Below are positions 55,624 through 64,000 of a stretch of DNA of 64,000 nt, piece by piece (position 1 is the first letter of the stretch; every line of letters starts with the position of its first letter). Origin of the DNA: Rikenella microfusus (GTDB lineage Bacteria; Bacteroidota; Bacteroidia; Bacteroidales; DYQK01); assembly GCA_020719385.1 (NCBI GenBank), contig DYQK01000001.1, forward strand, positions 5,630-69,629. The letters are read 5' to 3'. Position numbers and translations under genes: made by a program. Under the pieces are notes generated by a model that saw only the letters and a program-made list of their open reading frames with translations, did not search any database and was not told where the DNA came from.

Positions 55624-58248
55624 TTATAACTCAATTCCAATTAAGAGAATGTCGTCAATTTGTTTGTTATCTCCTTTCCATTGCTGAAAGTCTTGTTCGA
55701 AATATTCAAAAAATTGTTCCATTGAAAATTCGGGGTGCGTCAATACTCCGTCTTTGATACGGTTTGCTTGATATTTTCTGCCGTCTGGTCCGCCGATTTG
55801 GTCGGGCAAACCGTCTGAGAAGAATAAAATTTTATCTCCCGTTTCATAATTAATTACGTGGTCGGTGAAATTGTCTTCTTTCTTTTTGGCAGGAGGAATT
55901 CCTCCGATGGCTTTTTGGTTTCCTTTAAATTGCGAAAATTCTTGTCCGCGAAGGAGAAATAATGGTCTGTGCGCTCCTGAAAAATGTACTTCTCTATTTT
56001 TTTTGCTAATTTTGCAGAGTGCGATGTCCATTCCGTCTCTTGCACTTGCGTCATCTCGGTCTTGCTTGAGTGTTCGCCGTACTCCGATGTGCAGTGCATC
56101 AAGAACGCCGCCTGCGGTAATACTGCCATCGTGGTCAACAATAGTGTTGAGAGTAAAGTACGCAACAAACGAAAGCAACGCACCTGGAACGCCGTGACCT
56201 GTGCAGTCAACAACGGCAATGAAAATATTGTCATCTTTGATAAAAAACCATGGGAAATCGCCGCTGACGACATCGCGAGGACGGTATAACATAAACGAAT
56301 GCGGAATGTGTTCGCGAATCACGCGGTAATCAGGTAAAATAGCAGACTGAATTCGTTGTGCGTAGTTGATGCTTTCGGTAATACTTTTGTTTTTCTCTTC
56401 AATTTCGATTTCAATTTGCTTGCGTTCCGTTACGTCGTGGGCAACGAATAAAATTGTTTCGAGAGTTTTCTCTTGATTAAATTCAGGAATAACATTTACC
56501 TGCATAATTCTATTTCCGTTTATTGATGGGAAAGTAGTTTCAGCGGTATATTTCTCTTGCGTTCCGACAACAAATTGTAGAGCATTTTTGAAAAATTTAA
56601 CAATTGCTTCATTGATATTTACCTCTTCGAGTGCTTTTTGACTCAATTCCTTTGCTTTTACGCCTGTAAAAATTTCAGTAACAGGGTTTGCGTAGAAAAA
56701 TTTGTTGTCAGGGCTGAGTCGAACAATCATATCGGGCGAGTTTTCTGAAAGTGCCTGCATTTCTCCACTCATTCGTTGAGCTCTCTCGGCAATCTTTCGC
56801 ACCGTAATATCGCGGGTGTTGAAAATAATCCCTTTGATGGCGGCGTCTTTCAAAAGATTTCTGCCTGTTGCTTCGAGCCACAAAATATCCTCGCGGCTAT
56901 TGCGTTCAAATTTATATTCAAAAACTTTTGTTTCTGTCGGATTTGCGAGTAAATATTCAAAAGCATTCTTTACAGCAAGTGTTGACTCTAAATTATCTTG
57001 CAAAAACGCATTTTCCCCTTCGATATGTTCGGGAGAATATCCTAAGATATGATTAACAGACGGACTAACATAAGTTACAACGCCTTTTTCATCATAAATT
57101 GTAATGACTTCAGAGGCATTTTCGAGCAACGAATATAAACGTTTTCGCCCTTTCTCGACCTCAGAGATTTGTGCTGCAAGTTTTTTATTTGATTCTTCGA
57201 GTTCATTTTGATACGCTTTCATTTTCATTGCGTTCAATTTCAATTCCTCTTCATTTTTCTTCAACTCTGCAGTCATTTTTTGCGAAGCGGCAAGCAATTC
57301 TTCTGTTCGTTTGTTAACTTTTAAGTTAAATAAAGTTTGAGCGATAATTTCGCCGAGTTCTTTAACTAATTTTATCGAATGTTCGGGAATATCTTCTTCC
57401 AAAGAGGAAATTTCGATAATTCCGTGTAATTTTTCATCGCTAATCAAAGGGGCAAAGAGCAATGTTTTTGGTTTTTTATCACCCAAAATGCCTGACGAGA
57501 TAGTTATATAATCTTTAGGAATCTCTCTTCGATAAATAATATCTCTTTCGAAAGCGGCTTGTCCGACTAATCCTTGTCCGATTTTAAATTCTTGTTGCAA
57601 ATATTTTTTTCTGTTATAAGCGTAAGTTGCGATATTTCGCAATTTGTTGCTTTCCTCATCAAAGAGATAAAACGCACCTTGAACCATGTTGGTGTAATTT
57701 ATCAAACTCACAAGCGTTTCGTAAGCAAGCATATCGATATTTGTGTGGTGCCGCAAAACGTCAGCAATAATTTCTTTGCCCTTTGCAATCCAGTTTTGCT
57801 CGGTTTCTTTCTGATAAGTTGCCAAAAGGTTATTTTTCATTATCAAAAGTGAATTTCCCAGAGTATCGCTTTTGTCAACCATTTCGACATCAACGGAGAA
57901 ATCGCCTTCACCGATTCGTTTCGCAAATTCTGCGTTTTTTTGAATAATTAAATTTCTATCAGAAAGAATTTCTTGCAGATAAGTACGGTTCTTCTCGCCT
58001 CGTTTTGCGAAGAGATATGCCAATCCTCCAAAAACTATCGGCATTAAATCTAAGACAAAAAGAAGCGGGTTAATCTTGTGCAAAACCCCGATGAGAGTAA
58101 GCGAAGCACTATGGATAAAACACGCAATAATCCATCCCAAAAACATCAGACCAAACCCTGACAAAATGGCAACGGTCATATATTTACGAGTCGGATAAGC
58201 ACCGAGTACTATTTCAAAATTTTCCGAAGTTTTATGTTGATTTTCCAT
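55624..58248 (-). CDS. membrane sensor: 2 TM, HAMP, GAF, coiled coil, PAS x2, SpoIIE/PP2C phosphatase
   Basis: 874 aa. The PP2C core SGDFPWF...VVDCTGHGVPGALLS...SDG is paralogous to the C-terminus of the 32272-36012 gene. Confidence 0.85.
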   Translation of the reverse strand: MENQHKTSENFEIVLGAYPTRKYMTVAILSGFGLMFLGWIIACFIHSASLTLIGVLHKINPLLFVLDLMPIVFGGLAYLFAKRGEKNRTYLQEILSDRNLIIQKNAEFAKRIGEGDFSVDVEMVDKSDTLGNSLLIMKNNLLATYQKETEQNWIAKGKEIIADVLRHHTNIDMLAYETLVSLINYTNMVQGAFYLFDEESNKLRNIATYAYNRKKYLQQEFKIGQGLVGQAAFERDIIYRREIPKDYITISSGILGDKKPKTLLFAPLISDEKLHGIIEISSLEEDIPEHSIKLVKELGEIIAQTLFNLKVNKRTEELLAASQKMTAELKKNEEELKLNAMKMKAYQNELEESNKKLAAQISEVEKGRKRLYSLLENASEVITIYDEKGVVTYVSPSVNHILGYSPEHIEGENAFLQDNLESTLAVKNAFEYLLANPTETKVFEYKFERNSREDILWLEATGRNLLKDAAIKGIIFNTRDITVRKIAERAQRMSGEMQALSENSPDMIVRLSPDNKFFYANPVTEIFTGVKAKELSQKALEEVNINEAIVKFFKNALQFVVGTQEKYTAETTFPSINGNRIMQVNVIPEFNQEKTLETILFVAHDVTERKQIEIEIEEKNKSITESINYAQRIQSAILPDYRVIREHIPHSFMLYRPRDVVSGDFPWFFIKDDNIFIAVVDCTGHGVPGALLSFVAYFTLNTIVDHDGSITAGGVLDALHIGVRRTLKQDRDDASARDGMDIALCKISKKNREVHFSGAHRPLFLLRGQEFSQFKGNQKAIGGIPPAKKKEDNFTDHVINYETGDKILFFSDGLPDQIGGPDGRKYQANRIKDGVLTHPEFSMEQFFEYFEQDFQQWKGDNKQIDDILLIGIEL

Positions 58249-58305
58249 TATTTTTTCAAAGTTTAATATTATTTTAGTGTTTTAAAAAATGAATATTTCT
58301 CAAAA

Positions 58306-61300
58306 TTAAACACTTTTGAGCCACATTTCGTAGAGTTTGTCGATGTCAATATCTGTTGAAAATTGATTTTGAACATTTTTTTCTCTTGTTTCGAATTCAT
58401 TAAGTCGAAAAGACATCAATTCTTGGGATTCTAAGAGTTCCTTCATATTTTGCATCATTGTTGATTCTTGCCGTTCTAATTCTTGTTTTTTCAAAATTGC
58501 CTGTTCCTCGGCTAACTTCTGCTGCGAGATGTCGTATGCAAGCGAAACAACTTTCAAAATATTGCCTTTGTTGTCAAAAACGGGCGAGTATGAGGTAACA
58601 AACCACAAAATTTCTCCTGCTTTTGTTACTCTTTTCAACACTCCCTGATACGGCGTTCCGTCTCGAATGACTCCTTCCCAAATTTGATTAAAACGTTCAA
58701 TATCGTCAGGAGGAAAAATATTTCGCACATTTTTATGAATAATTTCCTCGTGAGAATATCCCAAAACGTCCAAAAACTTTTGATTTATGTGAATAAAATT
58801 TGCTTCACTATCATATTCGCCTTTGATAAGCGAATAATTTACTGCATTAATTAAACCTTGCATCTCGATTTGTGCTTTTTCCATTTCCTCTTGCGTCAGG
58901 ACGAGTTCTTCGACATTTTGTCTCAATTCTTTTTCTTTGTCAATAACTTCTTGTTCCTTGAGTTTGCTTTCAGTGATATCGATGGCAATGTTTAAGATTT
59001 TATATGGTTTTCCGTTTCGGTCTAAGATTGGGCAAAAAGTTTCGTTCAACCAAATTGTATCGCCGTCTTCGAGAGTTATTTTCCCAACTTTACTTCGACT
59101 AATGCCTTTTCGTAAATCATTCCAAAACATTTCCATATCAATTCCTTCCGAGAAAATGTATAAATTTTCGTAAGATTTCTGCAAAATCTCTTTTTTATCG
59201 GAATTTAAAATGATGACAAATTCGTTGTTGATGTCAAGAATTTTTCCTGTCAAATTCATCTCCAGCGTTAGCGAGGCGGTGTGAACGGCTTTGAGAACTC
59301 CCCCAATTTCAGCAGCTTTTTGAGCAGATTCTTCCTGTGCGTGTCGCAAATCTTCCAATGTTTTCTGAACTTCTTTGTCTTTTTCGATTAGAGTTTGTGC
59401 CTGACGCTTCATTTCCTCATCTTTGAGATGCTGCTCCGTTATGTCGTTTGCCAAATAAAGAATTCTCATTACATTTCCGTGTTGGTCGTGAACGGGAGTG
59501 TATTGAGTTAGCAGCCACAAATCTTTTCCAGACTTTGTTTTTCGTTTTAAACTCGCAGAATGTGAATGTCCGCTACAAACTTTCTGCCATATTTGGAGAA
59601 AATTATCTAAATCATGCGGCGGAATAAACATTCGAATATTTTTCCCGATGACGTCTTCGGGTTTATACTCCAGTGTTTTTGCCCAACGAGTGTTGACAGA
59701 AAGTAAAAGTCCGTCAGTTTGATATTCGGCTTTCATCAATGTGCTGTCGATGGCTTTGAGAATTCCTGTCATCTCGGCTTCGCGGCGAGCAGATTCCTCG
59801 TGAGCGACAGCCATTTCTTCCATCGTTTTTCGCATTTCCTTCTCGCGGAGGGCTAACTCTTGAGATTGTTTCTGCGATTCTTGCAACAAAGTTGAAGTTT
59901 TTGCGTTGATTCTTGTGGTAACTAACGTTGAAGCAATGCTTTCTGCAATTTTTTCTGTAAATTCGCGTTCGTGTTTCTGAAAATTTTTAAACGAAGCAAT
60001 TTCGGCAACACCTAATATTTCTTTTTCCAATTTCAACGGAACAATTAACAAACTTCGCGGCGAGGAATCACCTAATCCAGACTCAATTTCGATGTAATCT
60101 TGCGGTATTTCTGTGAGATAAATTGTATTTTTTTCCAACGCACACGCACCAATTAAACCGTCACCGAGATAAATTTTTTTCTGAAAATATTTTTTTCTGT
60201 CGTATGCAAAAGCACTCAACAATTCCAAAAATACGTCATTTTTATCGTTGTTGTTGTAAATAAAAATTCCGCCTTGATTTGCGTTGAGATAATGTACTAA
60301 ATTTTTTATTACCTCGTCACCGAGTTTCTCGATGTTATCTGAGTTTTGTCTCAAAATTTCACCGAATTTTGCGAGTCCGCGATTAGTCCAATCTCTTCTT
60401 TGGTCTTCGATTTTGCGTTTATTTTCCTCTTCTTGTGCTTTTTTGAGATTATCTCGCAAATTTAAAAGCGTATTTCCAAAAACATCTTGCTTTCCGAGAG
60501 ACTCGAATTGCGTTTTGTAATTTCCTGTGCTAATATCGAGAGCGAAGTTTTGCAAATATCGAAAATTTTCTGCAACCAAATTAGTTTGTTTTGACAATTT
60601 TCCGATTTCATTGTCATTTTCAAGAATTTTTTCTTTGGGAATTTCTCCTGTACTTAGAATTTGCAAATTTGTTTTCAAATTTTTCAGAGAAATAGTTAGG
60701 TCTTTTATCAAAAAATAACCGACAAAGATGTTGAAAATCAAAATGATAAGACAGACAATATAAATTTCGGTGATAGTTTTTCGTTCAAAATATTGAATAT
60801 CGGTGATAGTTTTGTTGATGTTTTCAAAATCGGATTCCATCATTTTTTGCACAATTTCCTGAATTTTGCGAAAAGAAGTCAATTCTTTTGTGGTTCGCAA
60901 AATATAGACAGAAGAATCTTCGCCTGCGATGAGAAACGTATTTATCTCTTTTGAAATATTTTTATAATTTTTAAATTCGTCTAAAAACCCGGAGAAAATG
61001 AGAGAAGTAGCAGCCGATTCGTCCATAGAATATCGAAATTCGTCAAGATATTTATCTATCTCTGGGTCTTCCAATGCGGAGCGATTTTGCAGCTGCACCA
61101 TTGTTGCACGGTTAGAAATTAAAATATGATTCTCGACAACTATGGAATATAGCCGTTTTGTGAATTTCGAAAGTTGAACTAAACGCACAAAATATTTGTC
61201 ATCTAACTCGCTAACTTTGTGATTTATCTGTGAGATTCCATGCATGCTGAAATATCCCAAGAAACCAATCAACAAAATTAGAACGCAAATTAACAAAATC

Positions 61301-61353
61301 AAACGACGACGAATGGTTATGTTGCTCCGTATTTTCTCTAATTTTTCTAACAT
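58306..61353 (-). CDS. membrane sensor without a recognisable output: 4-helix-bundle-like periplasmic region, HAMP, GAF, four (coiled coil + PAS) modules
   Basis: 1015 aa. The GAF domain is paralogous to the downstream gene's. The module E..M....EE...AQEE....AE..G.L.A.. + PAS is repeated. The protein ends in a coiled coil with no kinase, phosphatase, cyclase or MCP signalling motifs visible. Confidence 0.8.
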   Translation of the reverse strand: MLEKLEKIRSNITIRRRLILLICVLILLIGFLGYFSMHGISQINHKVSELDDKYFVRLVQLSKFTKRLYSIVVENHILISNRATMVQLQNRSALEDPEIDKYLDEFRYSMDESAATSLIFSGFLDEFKNYKNISKEINTFLIAGEDSSVYILRTTKELTSFRKIQEIVQKMMESDFENINKTITDIQYFERKTITEIYIVCLIILIFNIFVGYFLIKDLTISLKNLKTNLQILSTGEIPKEKILENDNEIGKLSKQTNLVAENFRYLQNFALDISTGNYKTQFESLGKQDVFGNTLLNLRDNLKKAQEEENKRKIEDQRRDWTNRGLAKFGEILRQNSDNIEKLGDEVIKNLVHYLNANQGGIFIYNNNDKNDVFLELLSAFAYDRKKYFQKKIYLGDGLIGACALEKNTIYLTEIPQDYIEIESGLGDSSPRSLLIVPLKLEKEILGVAEIASFKNFQKHEREFTEKIAESIASTLVTTRINAKTSTLLQESQKQSQELALREKEMRKTMEEMAVAHEESARREAEMTGILKAIDSTLMKAEYQTDGLLLSVNTRWAKTLEYKPEDVIGKNIRMFIPPHDLDNFLQIWQKVCSGHSHSASLKRKTKSGKDLWLLTQYTPVHDQHGNVMRILYLANDITEQHLKDEEMKRQAQTLIEKDKEVQKTLEDLRHAQEESAQKAAEIGGVLKAVHTASLTLEMNLTGKILDINNEFVIILNSDKKEILQKSYENLYIFSEGIDMEMFWNDLRKGISRSKVGKITLEDGDTIWLNETFCPILDRNGKPYKILNIAIDITESKLKEQEVIDKEKELRQNVEELVLTQEEMEKAQIEMQGLINAVNYSLIKGEYDSEANFIHINQKFLDVLGYSHEEIIHKNVRNIFPPDDIERFNQIWEGVIRDGTPYQGVLKRVTKAGEILWFVTSYSPVFDNKGNILKVVSLAYDISQQKLAEEQAILKKQELERQESTMMQNMKELLESQELMSFRLNEFETREKNVQNQFSTDIDIDKLYEMWLKSV

Positions 61354-61374
61354 AATTTTCTAAAAATTATTTGC

Positions 61375-61382
61375 CAAAAATA
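61375..61382 (-). promoter_or_regulatory. -7 box TATTTTTG for the three-gene sensor operon
   Basis: The plus strand reads CAAAAATA, 22 nt upstream of the ATG at 61353. No such box is seen in the 57-nt and 21-nt gaps further down the operon. Confidence 0.5.
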
Positions 61383-61461
61383 AAAATTTTTTTCAATATT
61401 TCAAAAAGTTTACAGAATTTTTTTTCATTTTTCTAATTTTTTTTGCGAAAAGTAGAAAAAT

Positions 61462-61698
61462 TTACGAAAGTTTAGTTAAAATTTGTATTGCTTCTTCGAA
61501 AGAATTGCCGCAAAATAACATTTCAGGTAAATATTCGCTGCAAACTTTTGGTCGTTGTGGTTTTCCAAACAATTCGCAGCGATTTTCAGAAGTTAAATGC
61601 GGGCAACGTTCAAAGGCTTTTTTCCCTCTCTTGAGTGCAGGAATAATTGAGGAAATTGAAATGGCAATACAACAGGCTCCACACATTCGACATTCCAT
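61462..61698 (-). CDS. YkgJ family cysteine-cluster protein
   Basis: N-terminal CRMCGACC motif plus C..C and C downstream. ATG at 61698 preferred over the track's GTG. Confidence 0.7.
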   Translation of the reverse strand: MECRMCGACCIAISISSIIPALKRGKKAFERCPHLTSENRCELFGKPQRPKVCSEYLPEMLFCGNSFEEAIQILTKLS

Positions 61699-61700
61699 CG

Positions 61701-62867
61701 TCACTCAATAGTTTTTCGATTATGATGCAAGGCATCTTGCACAACTTTGCGAAACGTTTCTACCGTGCCTTCTATCATCTGCATATCGGCAGGAAATGGA
61801 ATTGGTCGGCGTTTTAAACGGTCTTTTGTCTCTGCGGAGAGAGCGTTCAAGTCACCGTTGGCGGTTGTGTAAACGTGTTTGAAAAAATTATCGGCGGCAA
61901 TATCTTTTGTTTTCACAATTTGTCGGTTTTGCGATAACTCAAATTCGAGATGCCCACTCACGCGGCAAGATTTCTCTTGAATATGGTCAATAACCTCGCA
62001 AGAAATGGTTTTATACTTCGGTTTTTTCATATCGTTGCCGAGAGAATCTTTTCGAACATTTCCTTTGTCATCTAAGACATACTCGTAACCGTCTTGAATT
62101 TCCCTTTTTTCAGTAAAACTGCGGTCAGATAACCTTTCGGGAGAAAGATTTATGTTTTTCAAATTGATATAAACGAAATAATCGAATTGCGTATTTCCGT
62201 TGTCTTGCGTATAATATTCGCCCCATTCTGTGTTGAGTGAGGCAATATTTAACGAAAGAAGCGTATTTTTGAAGGTTTCGGGCAGTCGATATTGAGTGTT
62301 ATTGATAATTTTTATCAAAGCGCGATTTGTGCCTTTAAATTTTGCCTGGTCAGCCATTCGGCGAGCATCCTCGTAAGTTGGGTTATATTGCTGTGCTTTT
62401 TTAAACTCAAAATAAGCATTTCGATACGAAGTTTTGTCGTTGTTGTCCATCAAACGTTTTGCGTGGTTATAAAAATAATCGGCGGCATTTTTCTTTGCCT
62501 CAATAATTTTTGCGTCATAATCTACAACGGGAAAATCAATGATTTGCATTCCATTTTGAATCGGAAGGACGGTGCGAGCCAGTTGTTGACGGTTTTTGAG
62601 AATTTCATAATTTTGCAAAATTTCTTCCCAACGATTAGGATTTCCTTCGGCTTGCAGAAAACGAATTCTCTCCTCATTGCGTTGATTTGCTAAGGGATAA
62701 GCCTTTTCCAAGACTTCAATTTCTTTTTTATTTGTTCGGCTGCTCTGCAATTTTTTCACAGATTTCTCGACAGCCGAATCATATTCTCCTTGTTGAAGAA
62801 GTTTCGTCGAAGAGGTGCAGGTTGCTAAAAAGAGTAAAATTCCTGAAAAAAATAAGAGTTTTCTCAT
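61701..62867 (-). CDS. hypothetical lipoprotein
   Basis: The ATG at 62867 gives MRKLLFFSGILLFLATC (lipobox-like). The rest is helical/TPR-like then beta-rich. No family recognised. Confidence 0.5.
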   Translation of the reverse strand: MRKLLFFSGILLFLATCTSSTKLLQQGEYDSAVEKSVKKLQSSRTNKKEIEVLEKAYPLANQRNEERIRFLQAEGNPNRWEEILQNYEILKNRQQLARTVLPIQNGMQIIDFPVVDYDAKIIEAKKNAADYFYNHAKRLMDNNDKTSYRNAYFEFKKAQQYNPTYEDARRMADQAKFKGTNRALIKIINNTQYRLPETFKNTLLSLNIASLNTEWGEYYTQDNGNTQFDYFVYINLKNINLSPERLSDRSFTEKREIQDGYEYVLDDKGNVRKDSLGNDMKKPKYKTISCEVIDHIQEKSCRVSGHLEFELSQNRQIVKTKDIAADNFFKHVYTTANGDLNALSAETKDRLKRRPIPFPADMQMIEGTVETFRKVVQDALHHNRKTIE

Positions 62868-62954
62868 TGTTTTTTGATTTTTTAGAAAATTTAACATTGC
62901 AAAATTACACAAAATATCGAAATTCTCAATTTTTTTTTTGAAAAAATGAAAAAT

Positions 62955-63812
62955 TTATTTGTACAAATTATCTTGGTCTAACATCAGATATTTATTCACT
63001 GCAAAATATGTTGACAATAAAGTTATTCCGACTCCGATGAGAAACATTATTCCAAAAACTATTCCAATATCGCTGAAATTCATTGCTGCGTGCCATTCAT
63101 TTTGCAGCACAAAAAGCAAAGTTGTTAAGAGAAATATTGAAATTCCTACGCTAAAAATTCCTTGCCATAATGCGTTGATTAAAAATGGTTTACGGATAAA
63201 ATTGTGTGTTGCTCCGACAAGAAACATTGTCCGAAGTAAAAATCTTTTCGAGTAAATTGCCAATCTGATGGTGTTGTGAATCAAAACCCAAGAAATACTA
63301 AACAGCAAGGCACTAAAAATCAACATTATAACGCTGATTTTTCGTACATTTTCGTTCACTGCCTGCACAAGCGATTTTCTGTAAAAAGTTTCTTTCACAA
63401 AAGAATGCTGCGAAAATTCCTTCTCAATAACTGCAATGCTGTCAAGATTCGCAAATTCGGGCTGCAAACGAATATCTATGGAAGAGAGGAGAGGATTATA
63501 GCCCAAAAAAGAAACAAAGTCCTCGCCTAATTCTTGCTTTAACTCGGCGGCTGCTTCTTCTTTGGAAATAAAATTTGACGATTTTACATATCGCAATAAC
63601 GAGATTTCTTTTTGAAAACGTTGAACGTCTGCCTCTTTCAAAGAATCTTTTAGTAAAATCGAAAAACCTATGTTTTCCTTCGCATAATTTGAGAAAGTCT
63701 TTGTGTTTACTATCAAAATTCCCACTAAACCCAAGAGAAATATCACTAACGAAACACTTATCACCGTAATTAAAATCGATGTTGTGAAATGTTTTTTCTG
63801 CAAGTACGACAT
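62955..63812 (-). CDS. ftsX: cell division protein FtsX
   Basis: 285 aa: a TM helix, a periplasmic domain (..KEEAAAELKQELGEDF..) and a C-terminal 3-TM FtsX domain. Confidence 0.85.
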   Translation of the reverse strand: MSYLQKKHFTTSILITVISVSLVIFLLGLVGILIVNTKTFSNYAKENIGFSILLKDSLKEADVQRFQKEISLLRYVKSSNFISKEEAAAELKQELGEDFVSFLGYNPLLSSIDIRLQPEFANLDSIAVIEKEFSQHSFVKETFYRKSLVQAVNENVRKISVIMLIFSALLFSISWVLIHNTIRLAIYSKRFLLRTMFLVGATHNFIRKPFLINALWQGIFSVGISIFLLTTLLFVLQNEWHAAMNFSDIGIVFGIMFLIGVGITLLSTYFAVNKYLMLDQDNLYK

Positions 63813-63818
63813 AAAATT

Positions 63819-64000
63819 TTAATTCTCGAATGTTTCGTTATCGAAACTTGACCGCACATATTTCATATAAACGTCTCCTGTGTGCGTGTGAAAAATGATT
63901 TTTCTACCTTGAAAACCTCCTGTATTTTGCCCAATTATTGAAATTTTTTCCTCGTGAAGTATCTCAAGGGCAATCGCCACATTTCTGCGACCAATGTCGT
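63819..64000 (-). CDS. CheD-like protein, C-terminal part (gene starts beyond the window end)
   Basis: My translation is DIGRRNVAIALEILHEEKISIIGQNTGGFQGRKIIFHTHTGDVYMKYVRSSFDNETFEN*. It fits the CheD C-terminal pattern IG.RNV.....L....I......TGG...R.....TG.V..K. Only 60 aa are visible. Confidence 0.4.
   Translation of the reverse strand, partial: DIGRRNVAIALEILHEEKISIIGQNTGGFQGRKIIFHTHTGDVYMKYVRSSFDNETFEN

Overview
This is an AT-rich, gene-dense chromosomal segment, most likely from a member of the Bacteroidota. Three observations support that placement: a PorP/SprF gene and a type-IX-secretion C-terminal sorting domain, TAnnTTTG -7 promoter boxes in front of most transcription units, and almost no Shine-Dalgarno sequences. 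I support about 54 protein-coding genes and 2 tRNAs (Asp-GUC and Pro-GGG). I found no rRNA, CRISPR array, transposase or integrase.

The housekeeping backbone is prfA (partial), comEC, pheT, dnaJ-grpE, gap, rny, tsaE, lon, murE, a lolE-like gene, a cyclophilin gene, rimO, ygiQ and ftsX.

The accessory or unusual content is:
(1) A translationally coupled ABC/AAA-ATPase plus small TOPRIM-like gene pair (4167-5859). It resembles OLD/PARIS/AbiL-class defence modules but is smaller. This is my best candidate for an undescribed system.
(2) A dispersed family of about 30-bp palindromic elements with a TGTCAGAT / ATCTGACA core. There are 8 copies, almost all directly after stop codons and some inside operons.
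(3) A HAD(RNA-repair type)-Tpt1/KptA fusion gene in a tight operon with a Uma2 nuclease.
(4) Two large SpoIIE/PP2C-output sensors. One follows an output-less HAMP-GAF-PAS x4 sensor and precedes a small STAS-like protein. The other is coupled to an orphan ABC ATPase, HdrC/HdrB-like genes and an FkbM methyltransferase.
(5) A 1850-aa T9SS cargo protein with seven Ig-like modules and a YWTD-like propeller, near a PorP/SprF gene.
(6) A secreted LRR protein, a retropepsin-like protease next to tRNA-Pro, an orphan ccoQ-ccoP pair, and a decayed gene remnant downstream of lon.

All functional calls come from reading motifs in the supplied translations. No database search was run.
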